Shown piece after piece: positions 31,001 through 46,100 of a stretch of 64,000 nucleotides of DNA (within the stretch, counting starts at the first letter, position 1; every line of letters starts with the position of its first letter). This stretch comes from Bugula neritina. Taxonomy: Eukaryota > Animalia > Bryozoa. The translations under genes and the position numbers were made by a program. The notes below the pieces were generated by a model. That model saw only the letters and a program-made list of their open reading frames with translations, was not told the DNA's origin and made no database searches. The stretch is taken from positions 372,001-436,000 of the forward strand of contig CAXIUT010000073.1 in NCBI GenBank assembly GCA_964035545.1. Reading direction: 5' to 3'.

Positions 31001-34000
31001 TTTGCGCCTTGCAGTTATTATGGAAATACCAGTGATGCTGGAAGACCTTTGCATTGTACACCCGCCTTTACTATTGAATTTAAATGTTTTATTTTCCCAT
31101 CCCCTCTCCTGCCCCCCTGTCCCCTCTAACAACCAGCAATCCTGACTCATGTGAAATGTGTTATTAAGTTTTAGAGTTGGACCATGGGCCTACAGTATAC
31201 GATTTGAAGCTTTATAGTTTACAGGCAGTGGAGATGAGTCACTGCTGAAACCCATTTTATTAGTAGACTATATTGCTCTTCAATCATCAGTTTGCATATT
31301 AAAACAGAAAGCTCATCTGCAGCGCCATTTCACAGTGTTAAATTTTGCTAGAGTAAAAATTAATTTTAGATGCCTTTGCAAACATATGAGAAATAAATGA
31401 GTCATTTTATGAAAAGAGGTGTTTGCAGCAGTTGTCCACTTTTGATTTAGACGCGTCATGGAAACTTTTGTAGTTTTAAATAATATCTCCAAACTCATCA
31501 CTTGCATGTGTTTATATACTTGATAAAGTTTTTCATGCAAAACTTGATGCCTGCTTCAAAGACACCAGTGCTTAAATACTGTGTTAACTGTATTGGCACG
31601 TTGCCATGAGATATTTGGTAATATTTAGCATCACAACATACTCTTCAGAAAGTTAAGAAAATCAGTCTATAGAAAGTTAATGAAATAAACCTACCAGAGA
31701 GAGTAAGCCAGATGTAACAAGTAGATCCAAAACAAGTTGATTAACAATTGAAGTTGAATTCTCCATGTAGTGAATACTTTAGTCCTAATGTCAAATGCAA
31801 ACGTCTGCAACCAAATTGTGTAGACTTCATGAGCTGGTTAGCTGACAGGACTCATTAAAGTTCTTAACTCTTGTGTGTATAGTGATGCCCATCTTGAACT
31901 AGAGAGGGCTGACTGAAGACTGCTACTTTGTGAAAACTGACAATGCATATTATTATTATTCATTGTTGAGATTCACGACTGCCATAAACAATGATAAAAT
32001 ATTCATTGTTGGTACTACTGAGTAGAATAAAATATAATATAATATTATTCTCTGGACAGATAAACAATATCAAATGCATAATATAACATTACCATAAATC
32101 TACGGCGCTTCACATCTTCACCTTTTTCTGCAATGTTATTTTTTTGCAGTTAGAAGTACTAGCTGAATATATGACTATGAAACATAACCCTTCAATTTCA
32201 TTGCACCAGCACCGATTTCAATATAGGTGTGTTGGGAGTTATCTTTCCTAAAGTTTTGTTCTTGGCGTTTATACGAAGCAGACACAGGCTAATATTAGTT
32301 TTGTTATTTGCAAGAGTTTTTCTGTCTGATTGTCCATCAGCAAAAGTTTGCGCCTTGCAGTTATTATGGAAATACCAGTGCTGCTGGAAGACCTTTGCAT
32401 TGTACACCCGCCTTTACTATTGAATTTAGATGTTTTATTTTCCCATCCCCTCTCCTGCCCCCCTGTCCCCTCTAACAACCAGCAATCCTGACTCATGCGA
32501 AATGTGTTATTAAGTTTTAGAGTTGGACCATGGGCCTACAGTATACGATTTGAAGCTTTATAGTTTACAGGCAGTGGAGATGAGTCACTGCTGAAACCCA
32601 TTTTCTTAGTAGACTATATTGCTCTTCAATCATCAGTTTGCATATTAAAACAGAAAGCTCATCTGCAGCGCCATTTCACAGTGTTAAATTTTGCTAGAGT
32701 AAAAATTAATTTTAGATGCCTTTGCAAACATATGAGAAATAAATGAGTCATTTTATGAAAAGAGGTGTTTGCAGCAGTTGTCGACTTTTGATTTAGACGC
32801 GTCATGGAAACTTTTGTAGTTTTAAATAATATCTCCAAACTCATCACTTGCATGTGTTTATATACTTGATAAAGTTTTTCATGCAAAACTTGATGCCTGC
32901 TTCAAAGACACCAGTGCTTAAATACTGTGTTAACTGTATTGGCACGTTGCCATGAGATATTTGGTAATATTTAGCATCACAACATACTCTTCAGAAAGTT
33001 AAGAAAATCAGTCTATAGGAAGTTAATGAAATAAACCTACCAGAGAGAGTAAGCCAGATGTAACAAGTAGATCCAAAACAAGTTGATTAACAATTGAAGT
33101 TGAATTCTCCATGTAGTGAATACTTTAGTCCTAATGTCAAATGCAAACGTCTGCAACCAAATTTTGTAGACTTCATGAGCTGGTTAGCTGACAGGACTCA
33201 TTAAAGTTCTTAACTCTTGTGTGTATAGTGATGCCCATCTTGAACTAGAGAGGGCTGACTGAAGACTGCTACTTTGTGAAAATTGACAATGCATATTATT
33301 ATTATTCATTGTTGAGATTCACGACTGCCATAAACAATGATAAAATATTCATTGTTGGTACTACTGAGTAGAATAAAATATAATATAATATTATTCTCTG
33401 GACAGATAAACAATATCAAATGCATATTATAACATTACCATAAATCTACGGCGCTTCACATCTTCACTTTTTTCTGCAATGTTATTTCTTTGCAGTTAGA
33501 AGTACTAGCTGAATATATGACTATGAAACATAACCCTTCAATTTCATTGCACCAGCACCGATTTCAATATAGGTGTGTTGGGAGTTATCTTTCCTAAAGT
33601 TTTGTTCTTGGCGTTTATACGAAGCAGACACAGGCTAATATTAGTTTTGTTATTTGCAAGAGTTTTTCTGTCTGATTGTCCATCAGCAAAAGTTTGCGCC
33701 TTGCAGTTATTATGGAAATACCAGTGATGCTGGAAGACCTTTGCATTGTACACCCGCCTTTACTATTGAATTTAAATGTTTTATTTTCCCATCCCCTCTC
33801 CTGCCCCCCTGTCCCCTCTAACAACCAGCAATCCTGACTCATGTGAAATGTGTTATTAAGTTTTAGAGTTGGACCATGGGCCTACAGTATACGATTTGAA
33901 GCTTTATAGTTTACAGGCAGTGGAGATGAGTCACTGCTGAAACCCATTTTATTAGTAGACTATATTGCTCTTCAATCATCAGTTTGCATATTAAAACAGA

Positions 34001-37000
34001 AAGCTCATCTGCAGCGCCATTTCACAGTGTTAAATTTTGCTAGAGTAAAAATTAATTTTAGATGCCTTTGCAAACATATGAGAAATAAATGAGTCATTTT
34101 ATGAAAAGAGGTGTTTGCAGCAGTTGTCCACTTTTGATTTAGACGCGTCATGGAAACTTTTGTAGTTTTAAATAATATCTCCAAACTCATCACTTGCATG
34201 TGTTTATATACTTGATAAAGTTTTTCATGCAAAACTTGATGCCTGCTTCAAAGACACCAGTGCTTAAATACTGTGTTAACTGTATTGGCACGTTGCCATG
34301 AGATATTTGGTAATATTTAGCATCACAACATACTCTTCAGAAAGTTAAGAAAATCAGTCTATAGAAAGTTAATGAAATAAACCTACCAGAGAGAGTAAGC
34401 CAGATGTAACAAGTAGATCCAAAACAAGTTGATTAACAATTGAAGTTGAATTCTCCATGTAGTGAATACTTTAGTCCTAATGTCAAATGCAAACGTCTGC
34501 AACCAAATTGTGTAGACTTCATGAGCTGGTTAGCTGACAGGACTCATTAAAGTTCTTAACTCTTGTGTGTATAGTGATGCCCATCTTGAACTAGAGAGGG
34601 CTGACTGAAGACTGCTACTTTGTGAAAATTGACAATGCATATTATTATTATTCATTGTTGAGATTCACGACTGCCATAAACAATGATAAAATATTCATTG
34701 TTGGTACTACTGAGTAGAATAAAATATAATATAATATTATTCTCTGGACAGATAAACAATATCAAATGCATATTATAACATTACCATAAATCTACGGCGC
34801 TTCACATCTTCACCTTTTTCTGCAATGTTTTTTCTTTGCAGTTAGAAGTACTAGCTGAATATATGACTATGAAACATAACCCTTCAATTTCATTGCACCA
34901 GCACCGATTTCAATATAGGTGTGTTGGGAGTTATCTTTCCTAAATTTTTGTTCTTGGCGTTTATACGAAACACACACAGGCTAATATTAGTTTTGTTATT
35001 TGCAAGAGTTTTTCTGTCTGATTGTCCATCAGCAAAAGTTTGCGCCTTCCCGTTATTATGGAAATTCCAGTGCTGCTGGAAGACCTTTGCATTGTACACC
35101 CGCCTTTACTATTGAATTTAGATGTTTTATTTTCCCATCCCCTCTCCTGCCCCCCTGTCCCCTCTAACAACCAGCAATCCTGACTCATGCGAAATGTGTT
35201 ATTAAGTTTTAGAGTTGGACCATGGGCCTACAGTATACGATTTGAAGCTTTATAGTTTACAGGCAGTGGAGATGAGTCACTGCTGAAACCCATTTTATTA
35301 GTAGACTATATTGCTCTTCAATCATCAGTTTGCATATTAAAACAGAAAGCTCATCTGCAGCGCCATTTCACAGTGTTAAATTTTGCTAGAGTAAAAATTA
35401 ATTTTAGATGCCTTTGCAAACATATGAGAAATAAATGAGTCATTTTATGAAAAGAGGTGTTTGCAGCAGTTGTCCACTTTTGATTTAGACGCGTCATGGA
35501 AACTTTTGTAGTTTTAAATAATATCTCCAAACTCATCACTTGCATGTGTTTATATACTTGATAAAGTTTTTCATGCAAAACTTGATGCCTGCTTCAAAGA
35601 CACCAGTGCTTAAATACTGTGTTAACTGTATTGGCACGTTGCCATGAGATATTTGGTAATATTTAGCATCACAACATACTCTTCAGAAAGTTAAGAAAAT
35701 CAGTCTATAGGAAGTTAATGAAATAAACCTACCAGAGAGAGTAAGCCAGATGTAACAAGTAGATGCAAAACAAGTTGATTAACAATTGAAGTTGAATTCT
35801 CCATGTAGTGAATACTTTAGTCCTAATGTCAAATGCAAACGTCTGCAACCAAATTGTGTAGACTTCATGAGCTGGTTAGCTGACAGGACTCATTAAAGTT
35901 CTTAACTCTTGTGTGTATAGTGATGCCCATCTTGAACTAGAGAGGGCTGACTGAAGACTGCTACTTTGTGAAAATTGACAATGCATATTATTATTATTCA
36001 TTGTTGAGATTCACGACTGCCATAAACAATGATAAAATATTCATTGTTGGTACTACTGAGTAGAATAAAATATAATATAATATTATTCTCTGGACAGATA
36101 AACAATATCAAATGCATATTATAACATTACCATAAATCTACGGCGCTTCACATCTTCACTTTTTTCTGCAATGTTATTTCTTTGCAGTTAGAAGTACTAG
36201 CTGAATATATGACTATGAAACATAACCCTTCAATTTCATTGCACCAGCACCGATTTCAATATAGGTGTGTTGGGAGTTATCTTTCCTAAAGTTTTGTTCT
36301 TGGCGTTTATACGAAGCAGACACAGGCTAATATTAGTTTTGTTATTTGCAAGAGTTTTTCTGTCTGATTGTCCATCAGCAAAAGTTTGCGCCTTGCAGTT
36401 ATTATGGAAATACCAGTGATGCTGGAAGACCTTTGCATTGTACACCCGCCTTTACTATTGAATTTAAATGTTTTATTTTCCCATCCCCTCTCCTGCCCCC
36501 CTGTCCCCTCTAACAACCAGCAATCCTGACTCATGTGAAATGTGTTATTAAGTTTTAGAGTTGGACCATGGGCCTACAGTATACGATTTGAAGCTTTATA
36601 GTTTACAGGCAGTGGAGATGAGTCACTGCTGAAACCCATTTTATTAGTAGACTATATTGCTCTTCAATCATCAGTTTGCATATTAAAACAGAAAGCTCAT
36701 CTGCAGCGCCATTTCACAGTGTTAAATTTTGCTAGAGTAAAAATTAATTTTAGATGCCTTTGCAAACATATGAGAAATAAATGAGTCATTTTATGAAAAG
36801 AGGTGTTTGCAGCAGTTGTCGACTTTTGATTTAGACGCGTCATGGAAACTTTTGTAGTTTTAAATAATATCTCCAAACTCATCACTTGCATGTGTTTATA
36901 TACTTGATAAAGTTTTTCATGCAAAACTTGATGCCTGCTTCAAAGACACCAGTGCTTAAATACTGTGTTAACTGTATTGGCACGTTGCCATGAGATATTT

Positions 37001-40000
37001 GGTAATATTTAGCATCACAACATACTCTTCAGAAAGTTAAGAAAATCAGTCTATAGAAAGTTAATGAAATAAACCTACCAGAGAGAGTAAGCCAGATGTA
37101 ACAAGTAGATCCAAAACAAGTTGATTAACAATTGAAGTTGAATTCTCCATGTAGTGAATACTTTAGTCCTAATGTCAAATGCAAACGTCTGCAACCAAAT
37201 TGTGTAGACTTCATGAGCTGGTTAGCTGACAGGACTCATTAAAGTTCTTAACTCTTGTGTGTATAGTGATGCCCATCTTGAACTAGAGAGGGCTGACTGA
37301 AGACTGCTACTTTGTGAAAATTGACAATGCATATTATTATTATTCATTGTTGAGATTCACGACTGCCATAAACAATGATAAAATATTCATTGTTGGTACT
37401 ACTGAGTAGAATAAAATATAATATAATATTATTCTCTGGACAGATAAACAATATCAAATGCATATTATAACATTACCATAAATCTACGGCGCTTCACATC
37501 TTCACCTTTTTCTGCAATGTTATTTTTTTGCAGTTAGAAGTACTAGCTGAATATATGACTATGAAACATAACCCTTCAATTTCATTGCACCAGCACCGAT
37601 TTCAATATAGGTGTGTTGGGAGTTATCTTTCCTAAAGTTTTGTTCTTGGCGTTTATACGAAGCAGACACAGGCTAATATTAGTTTTGTTATTTGCAAGAG
37701 TTTTTCTGTCTGATTGTCCATCAGCAAAAGTTTGCGCCTTGCAGTTATTATGGAAATACCAGTGATGCTGGAAGACCTTTGCATTGTACACCCGCCTTTA
37801 CTATTGAATTTAAATGTTTTATTTTCCCATCCCCTCTCCTGCCCCCCTGTCCCCTCTAACAACCAGCAATCCTGACTCATGTGAAATGTGTTATTAAGTT
37901 TTAGAGTTGGACCATGGGCCTACAGTATACGATTTGAAGCTTTATAGTTTACAGGCAGTGGAGATGAGTCACTGCTGAAACCCATTTTATTAGTAGACTA
38001 TATTGCTCTTCAATCATCAGTTTGCATATTAAAACAGAAAGCTCATCTGCAGCGCCATTTCACAGTGTTAAATTTTGCTAGAGTAAAAATTAATTTTAGA
38101 TGCCTTTGCAAACATATGAGAAATAAATGAGTCATTTTATGAAAAGAGGTGTTTGCAGCAGTTGTCCACTTTTGATTTAGACGCGTCATGGAAACTTTTG
38201 TAGTTTTAAATAATATCTCCAAACTCATCACTTGCATGTGTTTATATACTTGATAAAGTTTTTCATGCAAAACTTGATGCCTGCTTCAAAGACACCAGTG
38301 CTTAAATACTGTGTTAACTGTATTGGCACGTTGCCATGAGATATTTGGTAATATTTAGCATCACAACATACTCTTCAGAAAGTTAAGAAAATCAGTCTAT
38401 AGAAAGTTAATGAAATAAACCTACCAGAGAGAGTAAGCCAGATGTAACAAGTAGATCCAAAACAAGTTGATTAACAATTGAAGTTGAATTCTCCATGTAG
38501 TGAATACTTTAGTCCTAATGTCAAATGCAAACGTCTGCAACCAAATTGTGTAGACTTCATGAGCTGGTTAGCTGACAGGACTCATTAAAGTTCTTAACTC
38601 TTGTGTGTATAGTGATGCCCATCTTGAACTAGAGAGGGCTGACTGAAGACTGCTACTTTGTGAAAACTGACAATGCATATTATTATTATTCATTGTTGAG
38701 ATTCACGACTGCCATAAACAATGATAAAATATTCATTGTTGGTACTACTGAGTAGAATAAAATATAATATAATATTATTCTCTGGACAGATAAACAATAT
38801 CAAATGCATAATATAACATTACCATAAATCTACGGCGCTTCACATCTTCACCTTTTTCTGCAATGTTATTTCTTTGCAGTTAGAAGTACTAGCTGAATAT
38901 ATGACTATGAAACATAACCCTTCAATTTCATTGCACCAGCACCGATTTCAATATAGGTGTGTTGGGAGTTATCTTTCCCAAAGTTTTGTTCTTGGCGTTT
39001 ATACGAAGCAGACACAGGCTAATATTAGTTTTGTTATTTGCAAGAGTTTTTCTGTCTGATTGTCCATCAGCAAAAGTTTGCGCCTTGCAGTTATTATGGA
39101 AATACCAGTGATGCTGGAAGACCTTTGCATTGTACACCCGCCTTTACTATTGAATTTAGATGTTTTATTTTCCCATCCCCTCTCCTGCCCCCCTGTCCCC
39201 TCTAACAACCAGCAATCCTGACTCATGTGAAATGTGTTATTAAGTTTTAGAGTTGGACCATGGGCCTACAGTATACGATTTGAAGCTTTATAGTTTACAG
39301 GCAGTGGAGATGAGTCACTGCTGAAACCCATTTTATTAGTAGACTATATTGCTCTTCAATCATCAGTTTGCATATTAAAACAGAAAGCTCATCTGCAGCG
39401 CCATTTCACAGTGTTAAATTTTGCTAGAGTAAAAATTAATTTTAGATGCCTTTGCAAACATATGAGAAATAAATGAGTCATTTTATGAAAAGAGGTGTTT
39501 GCAGCAGTTGTCCACTTTTGATTTAGACGCGTCATGGAAACTTTTGTAGTTTTAAATAATATCTCCAAACTCATCACTTGCATGTGTTTATATACTTGAT
39601 AAAGTTTTTCATGCAAAACTTGATGCCTGCTTCAAAGACACCAGTGCTTAAATACTGTGTTAACTGTATTGGCACGTTGCCATGAGATATTTGGTAATAT
39701 TTAGCATCACAACATACTCTTCAGAAAGTTAAGAAAATCAGTCTATAGGAAGTTAATGAAATAAACCTACCAGAGAGAGTAAGCCAGATGTAACAAGTAG
39801 ATCCAAAACAAGATGATTATTAATTGAAGTTGAATTCTCCATGTAGTGAATACTTTAGTCCTAATGTCAAATGCAAACGTCTGCAACCAAATTGTGTAGA
39901 CTTCATGAGCTGGTTAGCTGACAGGACTCATTAAAGTTCTTAACTCTTGTGTGTATAGTGATGCCCATCTTGAACTAGAGAGGGCTGACTGAAGACTGCT

Positions 40001-40120
40001 ACTTTGTGAAAATTGACAATGCATATTATTATTATTCATTGTTGAGATTCACGACTGCCATAAACAATGATAAAATATTCATTGTTGGTACTACTGAGTA
40101 GAATAAAATATAATATAATA
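25072..40120. repeat. Tandem macrosatellite, subfamily A, ~11 monomers of 1346 bp
   Basis: Marker ORF at 25468 through 38928 in exact 1346-bp steps. Confidence 0.97.
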
Positions 40121-43100
40121 TTGTTTTCTGGACAGATAAGTAATATCAAATGCATATTATAACTTACCATAAATATACAGTGCTTCACATCTTCACCTTT
40201 TTCTGCAATGTTATTTCTTTGCAGTTAGAAGTACTAGCTGAATATATGACTATGAAACATAACCCTTCAATTTCATTGCACCAGCACCAGTTGCAAGATA
40301 GGTGTGTTGAGAGTTATCTTTCCCAAAATTTAGTTCTTGGTGTTTATACGAAGCAGACACAGGCTAATATTAGTTTTGTTATTTGCAAGAGTTTTTCTGT
40401 CTGATTGTCCATCAGCAAAAGTTTGCGCCTTGCAGTTATTATGGAAATACCAGTGATGCTGGAAGACCTTTGCATTGTACACCCGCCTTTACTATTGAAT
40501 TTAGATATTTTATTTTCCCATCCCCTCTCCCGCCCCCCTGTCCCCTCTAACAACCAGCAATCCTGACTCATGTAAATTGTGTTATTGTTCTAGAGTTGGC
40601 CCATGGGCCCACAGTATACGATTTGAAGCTTTATAGTTTACAGGCAGTCGAGATGAGTCACTGCTGAAACCCATTTTATTAGTAGACTATATTGCTCTTC
40701 AATAATCAGTTTTCATATTAAAAGAGAAAGCTCATCTGCAGCGCCATTTCACAGTGTTATGTTTTGCTAGAGCAATAACTACTTTTAGATGCCTTTGCAA
40801 ACATATGAGAAATAAATGAGTCATTCTATGAAAAGAGGTGTTTGCAGCACTTGTCCACTTTTGATTTTCATGCGGCATGGAAACTTTTGTGGTTTTAAAT
40901 AATGTCTCCAAATTCATCACTTGCATGTGTTTAGATACTTGATGAAAATTTTTATGCAAAACTTGATGCCTGCTTCAAAGACACCAGTGCTTAATTACTG
41001 TGTTAACTGTATTGGCACGTTGCCATGAGATATTTGGTAATATTTCGCATCACAACAAACTCTTCAGAAAGTTGAGAAAATCAGTCTAGAAAGTTAATGA
41101 AATAAACCTACCAGAGAGAGTAAGCCAGATGTAACAAGTAGATCCAAAACAAGTTGATAAACAATTGAAGTTGAAGTCTCCATGTAGTCAACACTTTCGT
41201 CCTAATGTCAAATGCAAACGTCTGCAACCAAACTGTGTAGACTTCATGAGCTGGTTAGCTGACAGGAGAGATTAAAGTTCTTAACTCTTGTGTGTATAGT
41301 GATGCCCATCTTGAACTAGAGATGGCTGACTGAAGACTGCTACTTTGTGAAAATTGACAATGCATATTATTATTATTCATTGTTGAGATTCACGACTGCC
41401 ATAAACAATGATAAAATATTCATTGTTGGTACTACTGAGTAGAATAAAATATAATATAATATTATTTTCTGGAAAGATAAATAATATCAAATGCATATTA
41501 TAACTTACCATAAATCTACAGTGCTTCACATCTTCACCTTTTTCTGCAATGTTATTTCTTTGCAGTTAGAAGTACTAGCTGAATATATGACTATGAAACA
41601 TAACCCTTCAATTTCATTGCACCAGCACCAGTTGCAAGATAGGTGTGTTGGGAGTTATCTTTCCTAAAAATTTGTTCTTGGTGTTTATACGAAGCAGACA
41701 CAGGCTAATATTAGTTTTGTTATTTGCAAGAGTTTTTCTGTCTGATTGTCCATCAGCAAAAGTTTGCGCCTTGCAGTTATTATGGAAATACCAGTGATGC
41801 TGGAAGACCTTTGCATTGTACACCCGCCTTTACTATTGAATTTAGATATTTTATTTTCCCATCCCCTCTCCCGCCCCCCCGTCCCCTCTAAAAACCGGCA
41901 ATCCTGACTCATGTGAATTGTGTTATTGTTCTAGAGTTGGCCCATGGGCCTACAGTATACGATTTGAAGCTTTATAGTTTACAGGCAGTCGAGATGAGTC
42001 ACTGCTGAAACCCATTTTATTAGTAGACTATATTGCTCTTCAATCATCAGTTTTCATATTAAACGAGAAAGCTCATCTGCAGCGCCATTTCACAGTGTTA
42101 TATTTTGCCAGAGCAATAACTAATTTTAGATGCCTTTGCAAACATATGAGAAATAAATGAGTCATTCTATGAAAAGAGGTGTTTGCAGCACTTGTCCACT
42201 TTTGATTTACACGCGGCATGGAAACTTTTGTAGTTTTAAATAATGTCTCCAAATTCATCACTTGCATGTGTTTAGATACTTGATGAAAATTTTCATGCAA
42301 AACTTGATGCCTGCTTCAAAGACACCAGTGCTTAATTACTGTGTTAACTGTATTGGCACGTTGCCATGAGATATTTGGTAATATTTCGCATCACAACAAA
42401 CTCTTCAGAAAGTTAAGAAAATCAGTCTAGAAAGTTAATGAAATAAACCTACCAGAGAGAGTAAGCCAGATGTAACAAGTAGATCCAAAACAAGTTGATA
42501 AACAATTGAAGTTGAAGTCTCCATGTAGTCAACACGTTAGTCCTAATGTCAAATGCAAACGTCTGCAACCAAACTGTGTAGACTTCATGAGCTGGTTAGC
42601 TGACAGGAGAGATTAAAGTTCTTAACTCTTGTGTGTATAGTGATGCCCATCTTGAACCAGAGATGGCTGACTGAAGACTGCTACTTTGTGAAAATTGACA
42701 ATGCATATTATTATTATTCATTGTTGAGATTCACGACTGCCATAAACAATGATAAAATATTCATTGTTGGTACTACTGAGTAGAATAAAATATAATATAA
42801 TATTATTTTCTGGACAGATAAATAATATCAAATGCATATTATAACTTACCATAAATATACAGTGCTTCACATCTTCACCTTTTTCTGCAATGTTATTTCT
42901 TTGCAGTTAGAAGTACTAGCTGAATATATGACTATGAAACATAACCCTTCAATTTCATTGCACCAGCACCAGTTGCAAGATAGGTGTATTGAGAGATATC
43001 TTTCCCAAAATTTTGTTCTTGGTGTTTATACGAAGCAGACACAGGCTAATATTAGTTTTGTTATTTGCAAGAGTTTTTCTGTCTGATTGTCCATCAGCAA

Positions 43101-46100
43101 AAGTTTGCGCCTTGCAGTTATTATGGAAATACCAGTGATGCTGGAAGACCTTTGCATTGTACACCCGCCTTGACTATTGAAGTTAGATGTTTTATTTTCC
43201 CATCCCCTCTCCCGCCCCCCTGTCCCCTCTAACAACCGGCAATCCTGACTCATGTGAATTGTGTTATTGTTCTAGAGTTGGCCCATGGGCCTACAGTATA
43301 CGATTTGAAGCTTTATAGTTTACAGGCAGTCGAGATGAGTCACTGCTGAAACCCATTTTATTAGTAGACTATATTGCTCTTCAATCATCAGTTTTCATAT
43401 TAAAACAGAAAGCTCATCTGCAGCGCCATTTCACAGTGTTATATTTTGCCAGAGCAATAACTAATTTTAGATGCCTTTGCAAACATATGAGAAATAAATG
43501 AGTCATTCTATGAAAAGAGGTGTTTGCAGCACTTGTCCACTTTTGATTTACACGCGGCATGGAAACTTTTGTAGTTTTAAATAATGTCTCCAAATTCATC
43601 ACTTGCATGTGTTTAGATACTTGATGAAAATTTTCATGCAAAACTTGATGCCTGCTTCAAAGACACCAGTGCTTAATTACTGTGTTAACTGTATTGGCAC
43701 GTTGCCATGAGATATTTGGTAATATTTCGCATCACAACAAACTCTTCAGAAAGTTAAGAAAATCAGTCTAGAAAGTTAATGAAATAAACCTACCAGAGAG
43801 AGTAAGCCAGATGTAACAAGTAGATCCAAAACAAGTTGATAAACAATTGAAGTTGAAGTCTCCATGTAGTCAACACGTTAGTCCTAATGTCAAATGCAAA
43901 CGTCTGCAACCAAACTGTGTAGACTTCATGAGCTGGTTAGCTGACAGGAGAGATTAAAGTTCTTAACTCTTGTGTGTATAGTGATGCCCATCTTGAACTA
44001 GAGATGGCTGACTGAAGACTGCTACTTTGTGAAAATTGACAATGCATATTAATATTATTCATTGTTGAGATTCACGACTGCCATAAACAATGATAAAATA
44101 TTCATTGTTGGTACTACTGAGTAGAATAAAATATAATATAATATTATTTTCTGGACAGATAAATAATATCAAATGCATATTATAACTTACCATAAATATA
44201 CAGTGCTTCACATCTTCACCTTTTTCTGCAATGTTATTTCTTTGCAGTTAGAAGTACTAGCTGAATATGTGACTATGAAACATAACCCTTCAATTTCATT
44301 GCACCAGCACCAGTTGCAAGATAGGTGTATTGAGAGTTATCTTTCCCAAAATTTTGTTCTTGGTGTTTATACGAAGCAGACACAGGCTAATATTAGTTTT
44401 GTTATTTGCAAGAGTTTTTCTGTCTGATTGTCCATCAGCAAAAGTTTGCGCCTTGCAGTTATTATGGAAATACCAGTGATGCTGGAAGACCTTTGCATTG
44501 TACACCCGCCTTGACTATTGAAGTTAGATGTTTTATTTTCCCATCCCCTCTCCCGCCCCCCTGTCCCCTCTAACAACCGGCAATCCTGACTCATGTGAAT
44601 TGTGTTATTGTTCTAGAGTTGGCCCATGGGCCTACAGTATACGATTTGAAGCTTTATAGTTTACAGGCAGTCGAGATGAGTCACTGCTGAAACCCATTTT
44701 ATTAGTAGACTATATTGCTCTTCAATCATCAGTTTTCATATTAAAACAGAAAGCTCATCTGCAGCGCCATTTCACAGTGTTATATTTTGCTAGAGCAATA
44801 ACTAATTTTAGATGCCTTTGCAAACATATGAGAAATAAATGAGTCATTCTATGAAAAGAGGTGTTTGCAGCACTTGTCCACTTTTGATTTACACGCGGCA
44901 TCGAAACTTTTGTAGTTTTAAATAATGTCTCCAAATTCATCACTTGCATGTGTTTAGATACTTGATGAAAATGTTTATGCAAAATTTGATGCCTGCTTCA
45001 AAGACACCAGTGCTTAATTACTGTGTTAACTGTATTGGCACGTTGCCATGAGATATTTGGTAATATTTCGCATCACAACAAACTCTTCAGAAAGTTAAGA
45101 AAATCAGTCTAGAAAGTTAATGAAATAAACCTACCAGAGAGAGTAAGCCAGATGTAACAAGTAGATCCAAAACAAGTTGATTAACAATTGAAGTTGAAGT
45201 CTCGATGTAGTCAACACTTTAGTCCTAACGTCAAATGCTAACGTCTGCAACCAAACTGTGAAGACTTCATGAGCTGGTTAGCTGACAGGACACATTAAAG
45301 TTCTTAACTCTTGTGTGTATAGTGATGCCCATCTTGAACTAGAGATGGCTGACTGAAGACTGCTACTTTGTGAAAATTGACAATGCATATTATTATTATT
45401 CATTGTTGAGATTCACGACTGCCATAAACAATGATAAAATATTCATTGTTGGTACTACTGAGTAGAATAAAATATAATATAATATTATTTTCTGGAAAGA
45501 TAAATAATATCAAATGCATATTATAACTTACCATAAATCTACAGTGCTTCACATCTTCACCTTTTTCTGCAATGTTATTTCTTTGCAGTTAGAAGTACTA
45601 GCTGAATATATGACTATGAAACATAACCCTTCAATTTCATTGCACCAGCACCAGTTGCAAGATAGGTGTGTTGGGAGTTATCTTTCCTAAAAATTTGTTC
45701 TTGGTGTTTATACGAAGCAGACACAGGCTAATATTAGTTTTGTTATTTGCAAGAGTTTTTCTGTCTGATTGTCCATCAGCAAAAGTTTGCGCCTTGCAGT
45801 TATTATGGAAATACCAGTGATGCTGGAAGACCTTTGCATTGTACACCCGCCTTGACTATTGAAGTTAGATGTTTTATTTTCCCATCCCCTCTCCCGCCCC
45901 CCCGTCCCCTCTAAAAACCGGCAATCCTGACTCATGTGAATTGTGTTATTGTTCTAGAGTTGGCCCATGGGCCTACAGTATACGATTTGAAGCTTTATAG
46001 TTTACAGGCAGTCGAGATGAGTCACTGCTGAAACCCATTTTATTAGTAGACTATATTGCTCTTCAATCATCAGTTTTCATATTAAACGAGAAAGCTCATC

